Source: Lepidodermella squamata
Lineage: Eukaryota > Animalia > Gastrotricha
Length of the DNA: 64,000 nt
NCBI GenBank assembly: GCA_047495785.1
Contig: JBLDXI010000034.1
Location: 620,001-684,000 of the forward strand
Reading direction: 5' to 3'
The position numbers were made by a program, and so were the translations under genes. Of the stretch, positions 50,797-62,196 are shown piece after piece; the stretch's first letter is position 1, and each line of letters starts with the position of its first letter. The notes under the pieces were generated by a model. It saw only the letters and a program-made list of their open reading frames with translations, was not told the DNA's origin and searched no databases.

Positions 50797-52257
50797 ATTC
50801 ATTTTCTAGCGTTTAGAATTGCAATTTAACGGTTTATCGAATACAATACAGCCACTTGCATACCTCACCGTTGTCGAGCTGAAAGGAGTCACCAATTGAT
50901 AGGCAGCAACATTGGGTCACGTTGCGTTTGAAAGGGGCCGCTATTTTATTATTATTACTACAATTAAATATGAATACCGAATATGTCCCAAATTTTATAT
51001 CATTTTACTCCTCTCGCGATGACCTATCCAACGATGCAGGTGGTATTCACCTAATTACTTTCGTTGTCATTCAAACCTGTATTTAATTTAACCGTGTTTT
51101 TCATTTATTATCGATAAATAGTCACAATAATTCTATTATTAATATTCTTGACATCAGTTCCGCCCAATGGGAGTCGGCTAATGAATTGCCGTTTTTGATC
51201 GATCTGGCGGCTTCCGCTAGGCAGATCACGGTCAAATGAGAAAGGCCCTCTCAGGAGCCGGGGTGAATATCTTACCAATACGCAAAAATTCGCAAACCAA
51301 AAAGCGGGTGAAAATTTCATGGCTCTCATTGTTCCATCGTTACGCTGTTTCAAAACTTGTCCTTTCAAAACTTTCCTTGAACAATTTTCCCTGAGCATCT
51401 GAAAGGGGAAGTTGGCGGAGAATTAGTTGCTTCCAGAGTTGCCGCCTGAGATTTCGCCGACTGGCCAAGTATTTCACCAGACATTCCAGATGAAGTAACT
51501 TAAAATCATCGGAACAATAATTACTTTCATCGTACCATTTTTATCTGAAACCATCGGAACCATCGGAATTAGTATTTCGCTATAAAAATGCATTATTTCA
51601 TCGGAAAAGCTTTATTTCAATAACAGTATATTCCGACACTTTAAGATACAGATTTCCGATGAATAATTAGACAGCTGTTTCCACATTTCAACCCCGGCGA
51701 GTCTTTCCAGATGTCAGTCCTCCGTTGTTTCCTTCGTCGACAGAAACAGAGCTGGTGAGTTCGCCACGACCTCGACCTCGGCTACTGACAGTTTCGTCAA
51801 CAGACAGCGAAGCGATAAACCTTCCTCCTAGTGCCCTCTCCTATTTGACTACAAAAAGCTATGGTGCAACCATGGGTGTTTTCGAGATAAGAGCGACTAA
51901 AAACACACAATTTTCGATTTTTCCTCGAATTTCAAGCCGGGAGGGAAAAGACTGAAAAGCCGTGGATGGCCTCCATATTAACTGGCTATTTCTTACTTTC
52001 TTAATAAGCCCTCCATGTGCTCGACTAGGGAATGTGAAAAAACTGCGGGTGAACCCATTTTGTTCCTCGCAGAAACGCCGCTAAAGACGCCAGTGGGTGC
52101 ATTTTTCCAAGGTTTTTGCGCTTTCAGATCGCTTTCGGGTCGCCTACCGGTGAAAAACCCACGGTTACACATGCTTTTCTATCGATTTCCTGATACTTTC
52201 GACAGTTCTCCACCAGGTAAGCAGAAGATTTCATGGTAACATCCACAAAAGCGCATT

Positions 52258-52415
52258 ATATTTGTTGGTCATTTGTCCAGTACATTCATTTTTTTCACAC
52301 AGAATGCGGGCTAAGTATATCTTGTATTGTTATGCGCGCGTAGTACTTCTTATTGTTCGCAGTACTCTGAATAGGATTTTTTTTCTCGCTGGTCGCCTTT
52401 AGCGCAAAATGATCG
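52258..52415. mobile_element. Solitary Sola1-family end, inverted relative to 19228
   Basis: Reverse complement aligns with 19228-19362; the flank is again ACAT/ATGT. Confidence 0.75.
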
Positions 52416-52744
52416 ATGTACTCGATCTATATTTTTGAAACGAATGCTATATTTGTATGATATAGCACGAGTAAAGAGTTCATATCTGAACGGAGCCGAC
52501 CGAGATTTACGAATCGAAACGAGCCGATTTACGATTTACGAATGTTATACCGTAAAATATCGAATTGGCCAAGCTACTCGATCTATATTTTTGAGGACAA
52601 TTCTATATTTGATCACATAAGGCGACTTATCAGGGTTTCAAAGGTATCGAAGTCATCGTCATCTGGTGCATGGTTCGCGGTGACGAAATCATCCTCGTCA
52701 TCAACGATTTCGTGGTCTTCCTCGTCATCCTAAGAGGATTCGAA

Positions 52745-53925
52745 GGTTCGCCATACTTTTCTCAACCGTACTTTTCCCAACAGTGTATTTCGTTCTCAAC
52801 ATGCAGCTACTCAACCCGCATTTTTCTCAACATGCATAAAAGACCCCGCCTTTCGTGACGCGACCCCTTCTTCAGAGCACCTCTCACTGCGTGCGGTCCG
52901 CCACCTTCACAGCACTACTCCCGTCTTTTCTAAGCGCTCTTATAATCCCGCAGTGTGGAGTAACTTGGCCTTAATAACAAGAAGCCAAATGTTTGATTAT
53001 GGGTTGAGTAAAACGGAAAAGCAATAAACACCAAGTGGTCCAAGCATATATGGCTTTGGGGGGTTTTGGATCGAAATTTTTTGAAAAATTTACCTTTGAA
53101 ATTCATGCGCATTCAATATAATGCACCTATACCCAATCGAAATATCGAATTCAATTCCGGGCAAAAATTCAGTAAGTAATTCAGCCGCGGCCGGTTGGCA
53201 AAATATTGCGCGAAATACCGTATTTTCAGTGGTATTAAGGCCGCGGCGACTATTTTCTTGATTTTCGTATAAAGGGTAAAAAAAGCGGCGATTACCCCTT
53301 AATTTTATTTGAGTGCGAGTGCGGCGTTTATTTGAGCCGCGGCCTTTATACCACTAAATACGGTAACCAAAAATGTGTATGAAATTAACACGGATGAGCA
53401 AGGCAAGCAGGCAATCGGCAAACCGGTCACCGTGGCTGATGGATGACCGGCCGATTGCAGACTTTGAAACACGACCCGAATGACGAGAGGCTTGGACTCA
53501 TTTTAATTTTGGCACACCAATTCGAAAGTACTCTGTCTTGGAAATCACCGCACGCAGTACAGAATTAAAGCGCCATAAAAACTCCGATTTTTGCCAATTT
53601 TACAGAAAGAAAGTGCACAAATTTTCTGATTTTTGCCATTTTTTCTTGTCACTTTTGACTAGCTGGGTACCCGAAAATGTTCAAATTGCAGTAAAAAGTA
53701 AAAAAAATTAACATTTTGAATTATTGCCAGACTGTTTACCCTCTTAAGAAGGAGAATCATGTCGAAGTAACAAGACTATTAGACTGGAGAGGCACTCGCA
53801 TGCGCCCCCCGCATCGCCGGGGCTCACGCTCGCGCGTTAAGTTGAGAAACACACCTGTTGTGTAAACAACACGTTGAGAAAACTACATGTTGAGAAAAGT
53901 ACGGTTGAGAAAAGGCGGCACTACC
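52745..53925. mobile_element. MULE-type non-autonomous element
   Basis: ttctcaac / gttgagaa repeat arms; perfect TSD GATTCGAA (52737-44 / 53926-33). Confidence 0.85.
53218..53363. mobile_element. pogo-like MITE nested in the previous element
   Basis: TA|CCGTATTT...AAATACGG|TA. Confidence 0.75.
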
Positions 53926-54844
53926 GATTCGAAAAAGAATTGACCGGCTTCTACATTTGCCTCATCATCTGAGGCGTAATTTCGCAAAAATTCCATTTGT
54001 TATAAATAAGCAATCAATAAGAAATATGACCAATAAACCTATAGAACCCCTTTCCGATGAATTAATCGTGTGGTACGATGAAATAATGCATGTTTTCGAT
54101 TCCGATGGTTTAATGGAAAAGAGTACGATGATAGTTATATTATTGTTCCGATGAAAAATGTGGGTCCAGATTCTAGACATTATTTTGTCGAAAACAGCTA
54201 CCGTACCGTCCAAATACCTTCAAAAACCGTACCCCTCAGGTGAGTAGAAAGCAGGCTGGTACCCAGCTACGCTCGGCTTATACTGGGATCTAAAATTGAA
54301 TCTGACGTAAGAATCGCGAGATCGCAACGAATGGCGAATGCTAACTTTAACAATAGCGAATTTCGAATTTCATGCGAAAAGCAGGCTCTTCATGAATGTG
54401 ACCGATGGCGGCACCCCGTGATCGCTGATCGTCACCCTCCCCTGAACCTTTGCGGTAAAACGGTTCCTCTTGTTGTGCGAATATTACCATCACAGCCAAC
54501 AATGAACCAGCGGAGGAGGAAAAATAAAACTTTTCATTGTTTCATTGTTTCATTGTTTCGTAAGAATCGTTTAGTAACAGTATTAGTTCAGCCGACAACT
54601 TTTTCTACTTTTCAAAACTCATCTTTTATTCCTGGAGCATTAATTGAGGATAATTTTTCAAGCACACTAAAACACTTTAAATAAATATTTTAGGCGATAT
54701 TCTAGAAAAATATTTGGTATATTTTTATCTCAGATTTCACCGCGAGGCTTCCTGGCAAAAAACGGCATGAGCTGTTGACATACGGCTTCCACCGTTCGAA
54801 AGCTTGTTTCTGACTGCGAAGAAGCAAGTGAAAATATTTAGTGC

Positions 54845-55717
54845 GTGTTTATCATGGAGGACTCAACCGTCGAATCTTATTATCCACTCGAAAAGATTTT
54901 GCAACAATTTGTGCCTAAAAAGTTCATCGAATCCGCCTTGCAAGTGGGCGAGATCAAATGGTTCAAGGGGTGTATGTTAACTGAACCCGCATTCGTTGCT
55001 AAAATACGCTTACCTGCCGAAGTTACTGCAGAATGCTTGCTCGAACATATCGAGAATGTAACCGATGTTCGTTTTAAAATGAAGCAACATCCTGATGGCA
55101 AGGCTAAAAAGGGTGTAAAGGTAAATGATCGATACATAAATGAGTTTTAAAACTTATGAATGACTTAATAGGTTGATGAACGAACGCAACGCGTCTGCCA
55201 GCATGCTGACCATATGACTAACAAACAGAAGAAAAATGACCGTGTCTCTAAGAAGATTGTTGACTGTGGAGAAACGTTCACTAATATTCAAAAGCCTATC
55301 TCAGACTTGAGAAAGAATGGAACGTCAGAAAAAGCAATCAAATGTCGATTACTACGAGACCTCAAGCTCGAATCTCACCCTGGGTGTGTAGTCATCGACT
55401 GGAGGCATAATCACCATCTGGATAGTCACTCCACATTCCGGTCTCGTCCGCTACCTTCGCGAACGATCGATAAAATCGGCAGGTTATATTCGAATGCGAT
55501 TACAATATTGCTCTATCCTCTGTCAATTAAAAAGTACTACGAGATGGCACTTGCTGATGCGAAACGAGCGAGTCCTGATGTAACTCTTGACGTCCTTACT
55601 TGCGATCGCGAGAAGTTCCCGAAAAACGACGATTTTTACTACCTGAAAAAGAAAATGGTGAAGGAAGAGTTCGGTTCTCAAAGTGTTGACGAAATGCTGG
55701 TCCAACTGGAGACTTGA
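54845..55717 (+). mobile_element. N-terminal fragment of a Mutator/SWIM-like transposase
   Basis: CQH..DC..HNH motif, DREKFP..YYL..EFG; probable intron ~55121-55171; truncated next to family X. Confidence 0.55.
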
Positions 55718-55749
55718 ATTCTTGAATTTTAAAATTCCTAGTCACATTA

Positions 55750-56140
55750 TTATATCAGCAGGTTTGTCGCTTGCTGGAATGTCGCAAGTCCAAAAATTAA
55801 TGGGCTTGCAGCTTGGTATAATGAATCATGAAGCATGACTTGGAAAAAATTAGCAGAAAAATAATTTATTTTCTTCTTCTGCCTACGTTGGGCTGGGTCT
55901 TGATGGGTACGACTTAGAAAAAATTGCTCCAAAAACGACTCGACGAGTGGTTGGTAATTTCGGGCAAAAAACATGTTTAATGAATGAAACGCCCTTTGAT
56001 TTTGTTAGTAGCTTTAACAATAAATCGAGTAAAGAAATGCGTTTTTGTTGAACTAATAATTTCAACAAGAATAAGGAAATGGTCTGTTTATGGCTTGTTT
56101 TGTTAATAATTTCATCTCTGTCGGAGATAAAGAAACGTGC
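55750..56140 (-). mobile_element. Family X partial copy
   Basis: Reverse complement of 19060-19227 joined to 36420-36630; uninterrupted at the Sola1 insertion site. Confidence 0.8.
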
Positions 56141-56229
56141 CTTAGTTGAATTCTTTTTTTTAATAAGCTATGGGCTTCCTAACTCCTAATCGTCGATAAT
56201 TTTCTATTTAATTAAGACTTTCATTTCAC

Positions 56230-57274
56230 ATGGACGAAATAAGGTCGAGATATGATCATGACAAGTTCGCCGAAGCCTGTATAACAGACGACGTAGCTTA
56301 CTTTTCGGCTAATGTCGACGCAGCGATTTCAGTGCTTGGAGCCGGTGGTATCGCTGGAATACTAAGCGCGGCAGCAACCCAGTCGTAAAAAAATAGATCC
56401 TAGCTAGACCCAAACCGCTAATATTGGATCTATCTGGATAGATCGTGTGGGATGCGAAAAATGACACTGGGGTAGATCTAGCTAGCGACTACCTAGACGG
56501 CGGATAGGTCCTGATGGATAGACCGGTGGTAGATCTAAATTTTCGCGATTAGATCGTGCGTAGATCTAGTTCATAATACGGGCTTGAACTGCCCGCATGA
56601 ATCACGGCTTGAATCACGGTTAGAAACTTCTCCTCAGCCGTGGTGCAGATGTGGATTCCGCTTTTCATGATTCATCTGCCGTCATTAAAGCGAAAAGAAA
56701 CAAAGATTGGGAAACTGCTATACTGCTTATCCAAGCGGGGGCGCATTTCAAAGAAATTCCAACGGAGTTTGACCACAGCGATTGCTTGTTGAATTTTCAC
56801 TCAGAACGAGCTTTTGTCGGAGAATGTCAAATCGACATGTTCCCCCGAAGTTTAAATGCCGAATTTTTCAAAGCTCTGGTCAGGGCTGGCTTTAGCTGCA
56901 GGCATTGCGCGCAGAATGATTTTTTTACAAGCAAAGTTGTGGCAAGATGGGCTTACGATCAAATGAAAAGTCCGTCGCAAATCGATCATCAGCTTTTCGA
57001 TATGCTCCTGTTCTTACGAAGGACATCCTCATTTGTCCCTAACCAGTGCACACCTCATTATATTTTTGATATTGACAAGTATAAACATCATGTGCTACAT
57101 CAAATTTTGCTGCCATATTCCTGGCAGCTTTTCCCAATGAAGCTACAAGCCATGTGTAGAATGGCGATCCTCAACCGACTACCGACTGGTTACAAAAAGC
57201 GGGCTAATGCTATAGATAATGGACTAGGCAACGTTTTACCGCCATTACTGCTTAGCTATTTGAAATTTGAGTGA
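56230..57274 (+). pseudogene. ASB-like copy 2, ankyrin core replaced by an insertion
   Basis: MDEIRSRYDHDK..LSAAA to ~56377; foreign tagatc-rich sequence ~56378-56622; homology resumes at ~56623; SOCS box intact. Confidence 0.85.
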
Positions 57275-57433
57275 ACATTACTTCAACGGCAGTAAAAAGA
57301 TCTTGTAAAAAGTCATTGAATTCATCCAAGCGAAGTTTAGCATAGAGACATAGGGTTTGGCTGAGTTGTAGTTGAGTGAAATGTCGCACTGTGGTTATGC
57401 TCTCCTTCTTCACTTAACAGCATAGGTAACAGC

Positions 57434-57652
57434 TTGAAGTACAATTGAAGTTGCTGTATGCCAGAACTCCAGATCCAACCAGTCGTTTTTCTGCGGAATT
57501 GAATCGAAATCGAAAGCTGAAGAATCGCAAATCCACGTTTTACCTTAGATCCACGTGGATCTTAGATTAACCATTTGGACTACACAGAAACTTTGAAAAA
57601 TGACTGGTTGGATCTGGAGTTCTAGCATTCGACAACTTCACTTTTACTTCAA
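57434..57652. mobile_element. MITE-like inverted repeat
   Basis: agaactccagatccaaccagtc / gactggttggatctggagttct; a related inverted piece lies at ~57843-57885. Confidence 0.65.
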
Positions 57653-58135
57653 TTTCGCTTGTGGATAGGTGGCGTTCATTATTCCTCAGGGCAATGCATA
57701 GTAAAGGCCTTCCAAGCCTCTGCTTGGAACTGGTCCCAAGGCCGGAATCAGCTGGATGCCACTAATGAAGAACATTGGCTCGTCTACTGTTTAGCAATCT
57801 TCAAGTCCAATTTCCAACTGGTACTCCAAATGATTAATCAAAGATCCACCGTAAAACGTGGATTGGCGATTCTTCGGCTTTCGATTGCGATAACAGCTTG
57901 AATTTCTTTTTTTCAATTGTGTCTTTTTCTTCGAAGTTATAACATACCCTAGACCCTAGACTATTTTAGAAAATGTTTTACTTTTCTTCACGGAGATTAG
58001 AAAAAGTCTCTCAGCTGTAATGAGCTGCATGATATTAATTTGACAGTAAGATTCCATATACCTATTGCTTATGCTATGAGGCTTCTTATCTGAGGTTGTG
58101 TATATCATTTCTTTGATGCATTTTATCATATTGAT

Positions 58136-59772
58136 ATGGCTGAAATTATTAGCTCGAAATTTGAGCATGCTAAGTTCGCCAAAGCCTGTTTAGCAGACGA
58201 CGTAGCTTACCTCTTGGCCAATGTCGACACGGCGATTTCAGTGCTTGGAGCTGATGGTATTGCTGGAATACTGAGCGCTGCAGCAAGTCCCAAGTGCCTC
58301 AGACATCTTTTATCGGTGTCAAAGGTTAACCCGAACGCGAAGGTTCCTAGTTACGTAGAACACAGAAATTCCCAAATTTCGGAGCAAACCTTGTTAATAG
58401 CAGCCTGCAATCCTCTGGTCTTACGGCTCAAACTCTCGCCTGATATGCCAACTATTATGAGTGACTTTTTCCTTCGTATTGAAAATCGAGTCGAAACTGT
58501 CAAAATTCTGCTGGATCACGGCGCTGAAATCAACGTCATTGATAAATGCAATCGGACGGCTTTAGGATGCAGTGTTGATAGGCGGCTCAAACCTTTGGTT
58601 GAACTACTACTTAGCCGCGGGGCCGCTTTCGATTCTCCGTGCCAGGATTCATCACCCTTGATGGTGGCTTTTCAAAATAAAGACTGGGAAAGTGCTATAC
58701 TGCTAATCCAAGCCGGGGCACATTTCGAAGAAGAAATTGACTCTAGCACCCATTGCTTCACAAACTGCTTAGTGAATCTCAACCCTGATTTCGCTGTTAT
58801 CGAGGATATGGAAACCGCCATTTTTCCCCGATTGGCTGATTTTTTCAAGGTAGTGGCCAAGGCTGGTTATTGTTGCAGGCGTTGCGCGCAGAATGATTAC
58901 TTGACAAGCATAATCGTGGCAAGATGGGCTTACGATCAAATGAGCAACCCGTCGAAAATCGATCATCAGCTATTCGACATGCTCCTGTACTCACGAATGG
59001 CATCATCATTTGTTCCGAATCAATGCAAACCTCGTTATAAATATGATGCGAATCAACTAAGTGCCCTAAACGCAATTTTGCTGCCATATTCCTGGCAGCT
59101 TTTCCCGATAAAGCTACAAGCTATGTGTAGAATGGCGATATTATACTTCGGTTTTGCAGGATCAAAGTGCGCGTGCCCACGTGACATGAAAAAATAGCTA
59201 GCTTTTGAGGCGGTGATGGTTTCTTCGTTGCTTCGTCATTTCGTCATTTCGTCACTCCGTCATTCAACAAAAAAACTTGGGAAAAAGTGAGAATCGAACC
59301 CAAGACCATCAGGGTTGGCAGCCCTGAGGTGATACCACTATGCAATAGAGCTCAGTGACAAAAGATGTGCAGATTTGGCATTTTTGAACATTACGTCAAT
59401 ACTATACATAAACGAGTTCAAACTATCTTACATAAGACGACCGCTATTGCGTAGTGGTATCACCTCAGGGCTGCCAACCCAAAGGTCTTGGGTTCGATTC
59501 TCACTTTTTCCCAAGTTTTTTTTTAAGGTTAATAGTTTTTTTGTTGAATGACGGAGTGACGAACTGACGAAATGACGAAGCAACATCACCGCCTCAAAAG
59601 CTAGCTATTTTTTCATGTCACGTGGGCACGCGCACTTTGATCCTGCAAAACCGAAGTATAATGCATCCTCAACCGACTACCGATTGGTTACAAAACACGG
59701 GCTGATGCTATAAATAATGGACTAGGCAACGCTTTACCGCCTTTACTGCTTAGCTATTTGAAATTTGAGTGA
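58136..59772 (+). pseudogene. ASB-like copy 3, SOCS box split by a MITE
   Basis: ORF open to CRMAI (~59139); the remainder ILNRLPIGY..LPPLLLSYLKFE* lies at 59665-59772. Confidence 0.88.
59140..59662. mobile_element. Palindromic MITE with two inverted tRNA-like units
   Basis: ~78-bp perfect terminal arms (attatacttcggttttgcagg...); inner arms 59287-59348 (-) and 59444-59504 (+) have an A box, a GCC anticodon loop, a B box and a T5 run. Confidence 0.88.
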
Positions 59773-59780
59773 ATGCTTCT

Positions 59781-62081
59781 TCAAGTACAGTGAAAAGAGC
59801 TTGCTACAAAAGCATCTTGGAACTTATCCAATCGAAGTTTTACATAGGGTCTTTCGCTGTAAGGGATCATTCTTGATTCCTTGCCATCGTAATCAGCCGG
59901 TGTATCGTTGCAAAAACTGAGATCTCCCTCCGAGATGGTCTGGCCATTCCTATCAGCATATTGCTTCTTCCTCTCGCGAATCACCTCGCAATTGAACTGA
60001 TGCTCCCCATCGCCAATTTGATGTTTCCAGTAGAAGATAACGCTATCGATCCAGGGTTTGAAGAATTTCATGCTAATTAAGAGTGGCACTGCTGTTAAGT
60101 TGTTAGACCGGTGCGTTGCGGAGAGTATCATTATGCCGTATTGGCGGTAGCGTAGTGACGTTGAGCCAGGGTCTGGGCAGAAAAGTGGCCCGCCAGAATC
60201 GCCATCCATCATAGCTGTTCCAACTTTTTGCAGTTTTGTATCTTTCTCTTCAGGGGTAAGCTTACCCTTAAGAATACTCGCCCTTTTCGGTACGTAAGTG
60301 AATAGGCAAAACGATTCGTTGCCCAGATAGTAACGCATGAATTCATTACAGTCATCTTGAAAGATTTTCTGGAATCTTGCGACTCGGGGTGCATTTGGTG
60401 TTGCGTGTTGTGGTTCATCCCCAGTTACGTTCTTCCTTTCTACAGCACCATTTGGCTTTGTTACAGTTACAGTTTTTCGAACAGACACGTATTTACGAGT
60501 AAGACCCCAGCCTGAAAACTGAATGAAGTTTGATTCGAGTAGGAATAAATAGTTAAAGGAACTCAAACTTTGGATTCCGAGCTGGGATATGGGATTAGGG
60601 TTAGGAATTGGAATGAAGATCAGATAGGGAATTCTTACCTATTTCGAAAGGAACTTAAACTTCGGAATTCGATCTGTGGGGTCTAATTAGGGCCAGATCT
60701 TTTATTAGGCAGTTGAGGCAGTTTTGCCTTGGAGTCCGATGAAATTTTGAAAAATCTGGTGAAAAACCACAGGGTTACCAACGAGCAGAGTGCGAAGTAG
60801 GATCGTGGATCGTGGAGCTGAGGTGTTTTCTAGCACCCAACAAAAGTAACCAACACTAACAAAAGGTCCCCATTTGTTTTTTCAGCCTTTCTCTGGTTGG
60901 GATTCGCAATTTGCCCTTGATCAATGTAATTTTCAAATTTCAAATGATTCTGAAATCTGAAAGTTGTGATTTCGATTCTGAAGATATGCTTTCAGAGATT
61001 CAGACATAGACTTTACTGTGGAGATACTGTGGAGATAGAGAGAGCATTACCTATTGCGAAACATATTTTCAAAGGATCTTCTGCTTCTACTGCTTTCATT
61101 CTATCCAAATCCGTGGCATAGTCTGCAAGTGGAGGAATGTAGGGAGAAAAAGTGTCCCTCGGATCGACTTGACAGAGAATGCGACGCTTCCTGTATCGCG
61201 GATCCGTTGTGTAGTGCTTGACCGTGCTCTTTTTCAGGTTCAGATGCAATATCGCTATATCATCGTTTTGGAAACGTGATCCTTGTCGAAAGTCACAAAA
61301 TAACGAAGATTGAAACAAATGTCCGAATGAAGTCTCACCTCGTTTCATGACATAATTCCTGTGATAGGCGTAGTGATCAACAGGAATGTCGACGTATTTG
61401 TAGTTTTTGTACGTTATCGGACGACTGCCAAGTCTCACCATCACGTAATAAGTGTCCTCGCAGCGTTGTGGTCTGTAGGTATCCCCCGCCCATATCCTGA
61501 TGTTGTTTTTGATTTTGAAAGTTGCATCAGTCTTGATAAAAGAACAAACATAGTTGTGTTGTCGGTCTTATTTCTAAGACAATGAGCAGCTGTTAGTACG
61601 AACTCAGGATGTATCAGAGTCCCGGTGCAACGCCGGTTGTAGCTTCTGAAAAAAGCTTCAAAACATATTCGAGAATCAAGAATTCGAAAAATCAAACCCA
61701 TATTCATTTGTGATCTCCCCACGCCGCTTTTCCCTGAAAAAGTACATTTCATTGATCGCGGTTCTTTCAATCAATAGAAATCCTAATGCTGACCTGATCA
61801 GTATCATAGCTAGCCAAGGCGCTGAGGTAACAGGTGAAACGGCTACCCCATTCGCGATTCGTTTCGCAACATTCTTCGGATCGCTATTATCAAACGTCGG
61901 ATCAAAATGAGGCTCCGAACAATTTTTTGCTGGAAAAATGTATCGACAAATTGAAATAAAATGTGTACAAAATCAAAAACTTGCTTTTATCCAAGATCTC
62001 AGCAATTGTTACAGAGCCAGGTATTAAACCTTGAATTCGCGAAGTCAAAACAAAGACCAAGGTAAAAGTTAACAGGAACAT
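59781..62081 (-). CDS. Secreted S1-family serine protease 1 (multi-exon)
   Basis: Signal MFLLTFTLVFVLTS; activation KR-IANG; VLTAAHC, DDIAILHL, GDSGGP; C-terminal extension. Internal exon borders not all resolved. Confidence 0.85.
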
Positions 62082-62196
62082 CGGTAATTAATCAAAGTTT
62101 CCGCAATGATTTTCGGCTGGGATTATTTGATTACTTCAACATTTGCGACAAATGAACCACGTCACGTACGCAAACCAGGTGCTTCCTCAAATTTTA

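Noticed and set aside
52620-54000. Acidic minus-strand peptide split by the 52745 element
   Set aside because: Short, contains a stop, and the family is not identifiable.
59287-59504. Two genuine tRNA-Gly genes
   Set aside because: No acceptor stem, imperfect D stem, and they are arms of a MITE.
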